DNA of 64,000 nt from NCBI RefSeq assembly GCF_006345805.1, contig NC_042998.1, positions 180,110,001-180,174,000 of the forward strand, given 5' to 3'. The stretch is from Octopus sinensis (Eukaryota). Below the pieces are notes generated by a model. The model was given only the letters and a program-made list of their open reading frames with translations, ran no database searches and had not been told where the DNA came from. Of the stretch, positions 40,444-51,500 are shown piece by piece. Position numbers and translations under genes: made by a program. How positions within the stretch are numbered: the stretch's first letter is position 1; the number at the start of each line of letters is the position of its first letter.

Positions 40444-40560
40444 TACGGCCATATCACGTTGAAAGCACCGGTTCTCGTCTGATCACCGAAGTTAAGCAAC
40501 ATCGAGCCTAGTTAGTACTTAGATGGGTGACCGCTTGGGAAACCTAGGTGCTGTAAGCAT
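40444..40560 (+). pseudogene. 5S rRNA copy lacking its first ~3 nt, fused downstream to a LINE-type tail (40577-40634)
   Basis: tacggccatatcacgttgaaagcaccggttctcgtctgatcaccgaagttaagcaac...gttagtacttagatgggtgaccgcttggga...ggtgctgtaagc; box A and box C recognisable; helix ccTAG/CTAgg still pairs; single copy, not an array. Confidence 0.92.
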
Positions 40561-41758
40561 TCCCTTCATTTTAAATGGCGTTGCCCCAGCATGGCCACAG
40601 CTCAAGAGCTGAAACTGGAAAACATAAACATAAATATATATATATATCAGTGATAAAAATCCGCTCTCAAATTTACATGATTCTTGATTCTATTTTGATT
40701 TAGGATCCCTCATATTTTCGAACGCAACGGTAAGAAATTATTTGCACACAAATTTCAACTAGACTTGAAGCGCTATTCCAAGGAGTGGCTGATACTTGCG
40801 GAAATCTTCTCATTGTTAGTTCTTGATTTAGAGCATATCATGAAAAATACTTTGCATTCTTTTATTCTTACCATTGTTCGTAACAAAGCTAAACGTAGTC
40901 TATGGGCAAAACTATCTATGAATAAAGCAAGTGGATAATTTCTTTTCAACTATTGACTGCAAGCCATCCAAGTCCCAAAACTTGACAACGCCATCTCAGC
41001 AACTATTTAGCTTACACGTATATTACGCAATTTGTAACGAATGTACAAAGCTCTGTTCTGCTTCGATAGACGTTCTCAACCTCAAAAATTCGTTCACATA
41101 ACTTAGCACTCAATGCAAAACGAAGCGCATATGACATAAATTGGTACTGTCAGTGGTTTCAAAAAAGCACTACAGAAAGGAATTTTGTGTGTTTTGATCA
41201 TTTTTTTATTATTTCATCAACTGCAATGTATTGACACAGACTCTACGAGGTAGTTATATAATAAACTGGACATTCCACTGAAAGTTGTAGTATTGTCAAG
41301 GAGACATTTTAACTCGCTATCATAATTGCTTAGCACATCAATAAATTCGACGTAGTTACTGTATTTAATGAACTAGTTATTGGCCTCACCAGGACCTCTA
41401 AATACTTGCCTCTTTTAACAAAATAATATGCTATATCAAAAGAACGCTCCATGAATTTTCTGTTCCTTTTAACAATTTATGCTCATTATCTGGAACATTC
41501 CTTTGATCACTCAATCCAGACTTACCAAAGGACTTTTATTTTCTGCTAATATTACAACATGCAAGTGATTTGCTTATAGTCTGCATATTTTAATTGCTTT
41601 ATGTACATGTGACAAATCCTTATATCTGTAAGTATTCAATATAATTTTATCATTTAAATACAGAAGACATCAGCAACAATAAACTCTTAGCACACTAATA
41701 AATCCAGCAAGCCTTTCTATTGTTGATGTAAATTTTAATGGTAGTGATCAGGCAGGAA

Positions 41759-42172
41759 GGCGGCGAGCTGGGAGAAACGCTAGCACGCCGGGCGAAATGC
41801 GTGGCCGTATTTCGTCTGCCGTTACGTTCTGAGTTCAAATTCTGCCGAGGTCGACTTTGCCTTTCATCCTTTCGGGATCGATTAAATAAGTACCAGTTGC
41901 GCATTGGGGTCGATATAATCGACTTAATCTGTTTCTTTGTCTTTGTTTGTCCCCACTGTATTTAGCCCCTTGTGGGTAGTAAAGAAATGGGTATTTCGTC
42001 TGCCGCTACGTTCTGAGTCAAATTCCGCCGAGGTCGACTTTGCCTTTCATCTTTTCGGGATCGATTAAATAAGTACCAGTTACGCACCTGGGTCGATATA
42101 ATCGACTTAATCAGTTTGTCTGTCCTTGTTTGTCCTTTCCGTGTTTAGCCCCTTGTGGGCAGTAAAGAAATA
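41759..42172 (+). mobile_element. SINE family A dimer with 15 bp TSD, inserted in the head of an older SINE (42173-42378)
   Basis: gtagtgatcaggcag at 41741-41755 and 42174-42188; second unit starts ~41990 at ggtatttcgtctgcc. Confidence 0.9.
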
Positions 42173-42959
42173 CGTAGTGATCAGGCAGAACCGTTAGCGC
42201 ATCGGACGAATTGCATTTCTTCCGTCTCTTAACATTCTGAGTTGAAATTTCACCAACGCTGACTTTGTCTTTCATCCCCTCGGTGTCAATAAAATCCGTA
42301 TCAGTTGAGCACTGGGGTCAATGTAATCGAGTAACCCTCTTCCATGAAATTGCTGGCCTTGTAACACAATTTGGAACTATTATTAACGTACATGTAAATG
42401 TTACGTTCTGAAACACAGATTTTTTTTTTTAACTCTTAAATGAAAATTAAATTTAGAAATATGTTGGCTTTCTTTCCAAAGAAACTTTCTTATTGAAGAG
42501 TCATGTATTCTAGTTTAGGGGCAAATTAAATCTAATTAAATATATCGAATCACCTCTGAATGTCAACTAAACTTCTTATATTCTACGATGGCATTAGCTG
42601 TAGTCTTATATAGTAATTACGCCTCATTCAAAACGAAATCTACCAAACTCGAAAACATATTATATCATTATCATTGAAAAAGTTAATAATACTTTTATTA
42701 ATGCAATAAATTAATAATATCATTATTAATTTAATAAAACAATAATGCAATTATTAATGTAATAAATTAATGATACCATCATTAATTTAATAAATTAATA
42801 ATGGTTTGAAATTTCAGAGTAATATAAATTGAATTTATAATATTTTTCCAAAACGTTAACGTCAGTTTTCAAGTACTATGATAATGATGAGGCTAGTTGT
42901 CGACGATATTGTAAAACAGAAATGGATATGAATTTACGATTGAACTTAATGAACATATA

Positions 42960-42997
42960 CTACTACCACTACCACCACCACCACCACCACCACCACC

Positions 42998-43030
<33 letters not shown>

Positions 43031-43290
43031 TACTTCAGAAGAAACGTAGTACAAGCAATAGCAGCACATCAGCGGCAGCAGCAGCAGCAAATGTACTACT
43101 ACTACTACTACTACTAATACTGCTAGTAGTAGTAGTAGTAGCAGCAGCAGCAGCAGCCGTATCAGCAGCAGCCGTATCAGCAGCAACTGTAGTAGCAGTA
43201 GTAGTGCTAGTAGTAGTAATACAATAACATTGGTAGCCGCAGCAGCATTATCATTATTATTGTTATTATTATTAATATTATTATTATTAT
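42960..43290. repeat. (ACC)n/(ACT)n/(AGC)n/(AGT)n/(ATT)n compound microsatellite
   Basis: Direct inspection. Confidence 0.93.
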
Positions 43291-43965
43291 TGAGTGAGAG
43301 AGCAGTTCATGCCATCAAAGTGACACTGGGGTAAAATATACGAAGCCCAATATACCCATCATGACTACCCGTCTGATAAAGGTACACCAGGCACATGCAT
43401 CACAACCATATGTGCGCGACATGGTGATCTCATATCAAGATAAACAACACATGACCTTGCAGGTGGGTCCCAGTTAGAATTTTCTTCAGTTGAGTAGCCC
43501 ATCCTGCTCAAACGGTCCCTGAATAAGGGTTGCTTTAGGATGTTGAACGAAACACCTATGTTTCCAGAGGTGAACCATTCAAACTCCAAAGAATCCCTCT
43601 CAACACATGGCCATGATGCTCCCCCACTACTTCTGCTCGTGATCAGAGATGCACATATCGTCAGCCACTAAGGGACATGCTCAACTGGTTAAGGTCAAAC
43701 AACTGACAAGCAAACCTGTGGTATTGAGCAGAATATTTGCTGTAGCCCATCTTTTATACCAAGACAAAACAATGTACATGATAACACTTCCAGTCAGTTA
43801 AGATCAGAAGCCATGAGAGCCACTGCCTGGTACTGCATCAGGGCATTGGTATTGAGCAGAATATTTGCTGTAGCCCATCTTTTATACCAAGACAAAACAA
43901 TGTACATGATAACACTTCCAGTCAGTTAAGATCAGAAGCCATGAGAGCCACTGCCTGGTACTGCA
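43291..43965 (-). mobile_element. Family D element (43291-43847) plus an exact 119 bp duplicate of its 5' region (43719-43837 = 43847-43965)
   Basis: Identical direct repeats; (TAA)-type tracts on both sides. Confidence 0.9.
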
Positions 43966-44023
43966 AGTATTATTAGTATTATTATTATTAGTAGTAGTAG
44001 TAGTAGTAGTATTATTATTATTA

Positions 44024-44110
<87 letters not shown>

Positions 44111-44269
44111 CAGCAGCAGCAGCAGCGGCAGTTGTAGTGGTAGAAGGAGCAGTCAGTGGTACGCTGAGTGATTTCAAATCCTCTTGTAAAATTAAGTCAT
44201 CACTTGTCATCTTGATTCCAAAATGTAATTTTATATTGTAAAAAATGAGGAGGTTATGCAAATGGAATA

Positions 44270-45397
44270 CGAGAGTGGATTGAAAATTTCATAGGTTGAC
44301 TATGAAAGAGTGATGCTAGAGTTGTGAAATTTTGCATGCATTAACTTCAATAATAACAGCATTGTATGTTTCCAAGTAAACTGACATGTTACCGTTCAAA
44401 GAAGTCTTCAAAAGTAACCAGTAGAGACTTCTCTTGAAAACGGACAAAATTTGAAATCGTTCATGCTGACATGGTTGCTATATTACGGGATGATGATTCA
44501 GGTTTTCCAACAGTGCAAAAATGGGCAGCTGAATTTAGGAGGAAAACATTTATCATATTAACACGAAGATGGATGAGAGGTTATTGACTATCAATCAAAA
44601 TAGCCAGTGTTGGGAGCATATCTCGTGAGAGAGTTGAGAATATTCTACATAATGAACTTAGCATGACGAAGGTTTCTGCTCCGTAGGTGTCACGTATTCT
44701 GGACACCTGATCAAAAGCGCATCAAATTGACCACGTCACGAGGAAAAATCTGACATTGACTGAGGCAGACCCAGCTGGTTTTCTAAAACGTTCTCTTCAC
44801 CAAAGAAGACCAAGTTTGCTTCATCTGTAGGAAAAATGACGGCCTCAGGTTTTAGGATGCAAAAAAGCATAATGTTTATTGAATATTTTCAAAAGGGCCA
44901 CACTATCAATGGAGAGTACGATGCCAACTTTCTAAGGCAGTTGCGAAAAGCTTTCAAAACCGAACGTCCAGGAAAAATGACGAAAGGGATTTTGTTTGAT
45001 AAGGACAATGTTCCTGCACACAAGTCTTTGGTTTCGATGACTGTTGTGTGTGACTCTGGCTTTGAACTGATTGATCACCGCCTCTATTCTCTTGATTTGG
45101 CCCCATCTGACTATCACCAGTTCCCCAATATGAAAAAACACTTGGCTGGGAATCAGAATAGTAGTGATGATGACGTCATATCTGCTATTGGTGACATTTT
45201 TGCGAACAGGATGAAAGCCTATTTTGGATAATAGCTTCTTTTGGCGAACAGAATGAAACAAACAGGATCCAAGCACTGCAACCCTGATGGAAGAAGTGCA
45301 TGGATCGCAAGGGAGAGTATGTTGAAAAATAAGCCTCTTTTGGTTACATTCCATGAAGGTATTTTGGTCAGAGTGCGAACATTTCAGGCGACCCTGG
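44270..45397 (+). mobile_element. Decayed mariner transposon
   Basis: ta-cgagagtggattgaaaatttc...gacc-ctgg-ta ends; translated FDKDNVPAHK...YSLDLAPSDYHQFPNMKKHL (D,D34D-type catalytic region). Confidence 0.88.
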
Positions 45398-45611
45398 TAA
45401 TGTGTTTTTGAGTGAAAACGTTTCAAACGGCAAGTATTCGTCTTGCAAGTTTTAATTACCGGAAGCCCTATTACAGTAAGTATAAAATCACTGAGTCCTC
45501 CACACAAAAATGTTTAAATAGCTTATTAAGTAAATGAAAATATTTCCACTTGGATAGAATATTTTTTATCAAGCAATCGATGCTTATATTGTATCTTAAG
45601 AGTGCACATCA

Positions 45612-46408
45612 TATATTGGGTTGGCCAAAATGTTTATTTGGCTTTTGTTTACTCTAAGCTTCAAGCACCCTAATAGTAATTAATCTGTCTGTTCTTTGTA
45701 CATGCGCACTCGTTTGATACTTGACATTTCAACGTAGTTTGACGCACTTGCTACGAGACATGTATTTTGTGTGGTTGAAAATGGACATTATTGATAAATG
45801 ATTTTTTGTGTTAAAATAAACACAGGCAAGAAAACGGCGATAACCTGCAGATACATATGCGTTGTATACCGAGAGGATGCTGATATAGAACTTATGTGCC
45901 AGAGGAGGTTTTCAAGAAATCGATAGAGAAATTTTTCCATCTTCGCTCTGGGTAGCTAACTGGAATCAACAGCAACATTAACCCCCATTATACGACCAGA
46001 ATGATCCAGTTATTTCCTAGATATGCAAGTGTTGCAGCCCACATGCATCAATTTGGTTACGTTAGCAGACTCGATGCTTTAATCCCACATCAATCGAATG
46101 AGTCTAACGTGGCAACTCGTGGCAGAAGCCCGAAGAAAAGAATCCTTTGTTGAAGAAAATGATTACAGGAGTTGAAAAAGGGATCAGCCTTAACAATGTG
46201 AAGCACAAATGATCATAAGAGAAGTGTGGTGAACTCGTCAGAAACAACCTCCGAAGTAGGACTTCACACGACGATGATTAAACTTCAATTTAGTGGAGTT
46301 GGAAGGATGTTCTCTTTTACGATCTTCTTCCTATGGACAGGTACATTCATTCGAATAAGTCTACTGTGACCAACCGGACAAATTAAACCCAGAAATATAC
46401 CAGAAGCA
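45612..46408 (+). mobile_element. 5' two-thirds of a second, more decayed mariner, truncated where the PLE begins
   Basis: TIR-like tattgggttggcc; remnants MCQRRFSR, GYVSRLDALIPHQ (WVPHEL-like), LKKMITG, LHT..LQF.WSWKD..YDLLP, YCDQPDKL. Confidence 0.7.
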
Positions 46409-46410
46409 GT

Positions 46411-47760
46411 CAGCGTTTGACATAATGATATACAAAAGCATTTGCATGTTTCCTGTAATCCCCTGTGTCAGTACAAATCCGTTTTATCCTCAAAAATTGG
46501 GATTTCGGATTTGACCGAATAAGATGACGTGGATGATCGGAGCGGCGGTGGAGATAAATGTGGGATGACGTGGGCTTGCAAAATAACTCTCTGTCATTAT
46601 TCTGCCTCCAGAAAACATGACTTTTGTGTCCAAATATTGAACGCTAGTTTTTGAAAAAACGATTAAAGAAAATAGCAAATGAAATAGCTAAGATTAGCAA
46701 AGATAGTCGAACATATACGCATAATTTTAGCAAACGCAATACAATAGATGAGAGAATTCCTTTAGTGATTAACTGGTACCGACATTTCGTTGGCATTTCA
46801 AAAGTGTTGCATGAAAGTTACCAGCATGTGGCGAAAAAATATCCTCGTTTCAAACAGATATTTCCTCAGCCGCCTATTGTAGCCTTTGGATGGAATAAGA
46901 ATATAAGAGAATTATTGACCTCTATATCTGACTCCAAGAAAACGAACATTGGAGTATCTGCACACTGTACCTTAAAGAACAGCTGCAAAAATGGTAAGCC
47001 CTGTTCATTGTGCAACAACATGAGTGAAGTGGATTCCATCAGAAATCATTACAGAAATGTTGTGATTTATACAGGAGGTGGAACATGTAAAGGTTCCCCA
47101 TTTGGTGTACGCTGCAGAATGCACGAAGCACAATTTATATTGGTTGTACAACAGAACAATTAAGCAAAAGGTTTAATGGGCACAGATTCGAAGTCAGGCA
47201 CAATAACATTAGTACGCCAGAAATTGCTAAATATTTAGTTTCAAGCGGCTGCAATTTTGAAGAAGACTTGAAAATACATATTCTCAGAGAATATTCTGAA
47301 TCTGCTTCACATTCACTTCTCAGAATGTATGAGGAAAAATATGTTTACGCGTTATTAACATCACGCCCTGCAGGAATGAATAAGATGACAGCAGAATAAC
47401 ATCAAATTTACACAAAACTGTTTGATTAAATATTCGTCTTTCTCTCTTTTTCTTTCCTTTCTTCTGTCGTCTTCTTTTTTCTGTTTTTTTTCTGCCTTTT
47501 TCTTTTCGCCTGTTATAAAATTGTAACTTAAAAACTGATTATGTCATTTCATCAACGAGTGGACGCTGGTTGCTCTCGTTCATACTTTACGTTTAAATTT
47601 CTGTAATTTTGAATTTTTATCCCTTCTTACTTTGAACTTGACCAAGACAGACGTACTGTTGAAATATCGTTCAACTAATAAAATATCTTACAATCGAATT
47701 GCGCTCTTCGTCTTGACTATTATTTTAAATTTTTGTTGTTTGACTTTTTCTTTACATTTG
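46411..47760 (+). mobile_element. Penelope-like element 3' part: inverted RT C-terminal segment (46411-46650, -), then linker and GIY-YIG remnant (46650-47400, +) and 3' terminal repeat region
   Basis: Minus: VQYLDTKV..GRIMT/ELFCKPTSSHIYLH..SDHPRHLIRSNPKSQFLRIKRICT; plus: RIPLVINW..IFPQPPIVAF..NKNIRELL, C..CSLC, VYAAEC..YIGCTTEQLSKRFNGHR, LLTSRPAGMN. Confidence 0.88.
47632..47674 (+). ncRNA. Degenerate minimal hammerhead-like motif downstream of the PLE GIY-YIG
   Basis: ttgaac|TTGACCA|A|gacag-acgta-ctgtt|GAAATATC|gttcaa; perfect 6 bp stem I and 5 bp stem II, core variant. Confidence 0.6.
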
Positions 47761-47893
47761 TACAAGTTGGCTCCAAGTCTTACCCAGGGACCTCAAGAGA
47801 CAACACGTTGGAAGTTCATGTTGGTGTTATGCTTTGGGTGCCATATATTTGGTTATGTACATAGTGTCGTTCTAGAGAATGTTTAAGAAATCC

Positions 47894-47963
<70 letters not shown>

Positions 47964-47966
47964 CAT

Positions 47967-48534
47967 TGAGTGAGAGAGCAGGGCATGCCATCAAAGTGAC
48001 ACTGGGGTAAAATATGTGAAGCCCAGTATACCCATCATGACTACCTGTCTGATAAGGGTACACTAGGCACGTGCATCACAACCATATGTGCGCGACATAG
48101 TGATCTCATATCAAGATTAACAGTACATGATATTGCAAGTGGGGCCCAGTTAGAATTTTCTTCTAGTCAAGTAACCCATCCCACTTAAAAGGTCCCTGAG
48201 TAAGGGTTGTTTAAGGATGTTGAACGAAACACCCATGTTTCCAGAGGTGAATTATTCAAACCCCAAAGAATCCTTCTCAACACAAGGCTATGATGCTCCC
48301 CAACTACTTCTGCTCGGGATCAGAGATGCACATATTGTCAGCCACCTGGTTAAGGTCAAACAACTGACAAGCAAATCTGTGGTATTGAGCAGAATATTTG
48401 CTGTAACCCATCTTTTATACCAAGACAAAACAATGTACATGATGACACTTTCAATCAGATAAGATCAGAAGCCATGAGAGCGACTGCCTGGTACTGCATC
48501 AGGGAATAGCCACTGCCTGGTACTGCATCAGGGC

Positions 48535-48538
<4 letters not shown>
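47967..48538 (-). mobile_element. Family D element, full length, with a 29 bp-period duplication at its 5' end
   Basis: actgcctggtactgcatcaggg at 48483-48504 and 48512-48533; (TAA)n at 47895-47966 and 48539-48565. Confidence 0.9.
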
Positions 48539-48565
<27 letters not shown>

Positions 48566-48568
<3 letters not shown>

Positions 48569-51500
48569 TAGTTTTATTGTTATAGCGTGCTTTCACTTCA
48601 CTACCGAGCGCAGCTCTGTGTGCCTTGGGTATGTCCTGTGATTTGTTGTGATGCTCTGATGGTTATTGTATGGAAAGAGTTCTGCGTAGGATGTGTGCAG
48701 TGCCTAGTAGTGCAATTTTCTGTATGTTATATGTGTTTGTAAGTCCTGGTGTTTTTGTTATGTATTTGTCTGAATATTTTTTTATCATGCCTAATGCACC
48801 TACTATGATAGGAATTGTTTCTGTTTTCAGATTCCACATTCTAGTTACCTCTATTTCCAGGTCTTTGTATTTTGAGAGTTTCTCCATTTCTTTTAGAGAC
48901 ACGTTGTCATCTGCCGGTATTGATACATCAATTAGAAAGCATTTTTTTTCTTCATGATCTCTGACAACTATATCTGGTCTGTTGGCCTTAATTTCTCTAT
49001 CTGTGTGTATCGGCATATCCCAGAGTATGGTTGCTTTCTCGTTTTCTGTGACCTTTCCTGGTGTGTGCCTATACCATCTTTTTTCTGTTGTTATTCCATA
49101 ATGTTGGCATAGCTTCCAATGTATGTAGGTTCCAACTCTGTCATGTCTGTGAATATATTCCTTCTTAGCCAGGACTGGGCAGCTAGAGATAATATGATTT
49201 ATTGTTTCTTGTCCATCTCCACATATTCTGCAGTTACTTGTAATATTTCTTTTCATTACATGTTTTTGGTAATTTCTGGTGGGGAGGCTTTGGTCTTGTG
49301 CTGCAATTAAAAATCCCTCTGTTTCTGCTTTGAGTCCTGAGCTTCTCAACCATTGCTGGGATTTTTCTTTGTCTATTTCTTTTGCGTTTAGTTTAGTGCA
49401 GTATTTACCATGAAGGGGCTTTTCTTGCCATCGTTTTATCATGGTTCGTTGCTGTTCTATTTTTAGTTTGGATTTCATTTGTTTTATAGCTTTTGTTGTT
49501 TCTTCATCATCTTCTTCTTCTTCTTCGTGTTTATTAGGTGGTATGATTTCTTGTTTGTATTTGTCAGCTTCCTTAAATACTGAGAACAGTTTTTTGTTTT
49601 GCTCGTGTTTTGCTGCTATCTGGATCAGTTTTCCTTCCTTCTGAAGTAGGTATTTTTGCAGTCCTATGGTGGTTATTTTATAGTAGTTTTCCAGCTGTAT
49701 AAGCCTCTACCACCTTCTATACGTTGTATATATAGTCTTTCTATGTCAGATTTTGGGTGATGCATCCTAGATCCTGTCAGTATTTTTCTTGTTTTCCTGT
49801 CTATTTTGGACAGTTCATTTCGTGTCCAGTTAAGGATATTGTAGCTGTAACTTATAACTGGGACAGCTAAAGTGTTGATACCTATTATCTTGTTTTTAGC
49901 ATTGAGCTCTGTTTTTAATATTGATCTAACTCGTCTATAATATTCTTTTTTTATTTTCTCTTTCATTTGTGTGTGTTGTGTCTTATCTAGTTCATGGATT
50001 CCTAAGTATTTGTAAGTTTGGCTTTGGTCTAATTCTTTTATTTCATTGGTTTTATCTAGTGTGATGTTGTTACTCTTAACTAGTTTTCCTCTTTTCATGG
50101 TTACTTTGGCGCATTTTTCTAATCCAAATTTCATATCTATTTCTTTGGTAAATCCATGAACTGTCTTTAATAGTTTTCCAGCTGTTTGTCATTTGCAGCG
50201 TATAGTTTTAGGTCATCCATATATAAAAGGTGGCTGATCGTTTTGCCGTAACATCTATATCCGCATCCAGTTCTATTTAGCATATCAGATAGAGGTGACA
50301 GTGCCAAGCAGAAAAGGAGTGGAGAGAGCGTGTCTCCCTGGAATATTCCTCTTCTAATGGGGATGTCTTTGGTTTTCATGAGTCCCTCTTTTGTTTGGAG
50401 GTGTAGGACTGTTTGCCATTTATTCATGGAGTGCTCTATGAATTTTATGATTGTTGGTGCTACTTTGTAAATGGCTAGTGTTTCGAGGATCCATGTGTGG
50501 GGGATGCTATCAAACGCCTTTTTGTAGTCAATCCAGGCCATACTGAGGCCTTTCTTCTTTCTGTGGCTGTCTTTAGTTACGGCTTTATTAATCATTAGTT
50601 GATCTTTACAGCCATATGAGCCTTTGCGGCATCCTTTCTGCTCTTCTGGGAACAGTTTGTTTTCGTCCAGGTGCTTGTTCAGCCTTTGCGATATCACTGC
50701 AGTAAATGCCTTGAACATAGTAGGGAGGCAGGTTATTGGTCTGTAGTTTTCTGGTTTTGCTGTTTTATTTGATTTGGGAATTAAGATGGTTTTCCCCTTC
50801 GTGAGCCATTCAGGCATTGTCTCTGGCTCTGCTAGTATGCTGTTAAAGTTTTCAGCCAGCTTTTTGTGCATTCCTGTTAGATATTTCAACCAGAAGTTGG
50901 GGATCTTGTCATGCCCAGGTGCCTTCCAGTTGCTTAGTTTTTGCAGTGCCTGGGTGACCTCTTCAGTTGTTATGGGGGTCCAAAGTTGTTCAGATGCCGA
51001 GTTTGTTATTTTCATACTCCTTTTTTTTGGCTGTTCGTTCGCCGACCATATTTCTCTCCAGAATTCTTCCAATTCTTCTGCCGTTGGTGCTGCAGTGACT
51101 TCTATTTTATTTTTGCCCAGTTCTTGGTAGAACTTTTTGGAGTTGGTGTTGAACTTTTTGTTCTGTTCAAAGAAGCGTTGGCGTTTCTCGTACCGGCGGA
51201 TCCTTTGAGCTTTGGCAAGGATATCTTGCTTCAGCTTTTCTTTTATATCCGGCAAATCTTTTTCTGTGATGTTATATTTGCGGAGCATTTTTGTTCTCTT
51301 TTTGTTGCTCAGTAGCGTTGATTGTTTGCTGATTTCATTAAGAATCGACAGGTCTTTTCTAATTTTTTTATTTTGTTTTGGATGTTATTATCCACAGGGT
51401 TTGTTTGGGTGGTGGTACTCCTGTTTGGGCGGGTTTGGGTGAGTATCCAGCTTCTTTTGTGGCTGCAGTGGCTGCTGCGTATATCAAGTCATTTAGCTCA

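Noticed and set aside
40444-40560. Functional 5S rRNA gene
   Set aside because: Single copy, 5' helix I bases replaced by (TA)n, no upstream spacer, and followed by a LINE-type tail
40969-40995. Minus-strand DGVVKFWDL, WD40-like
   Set aside because: In-frame stops immediately upstream and ~20 codons downstream and no good acceptor; likely chance
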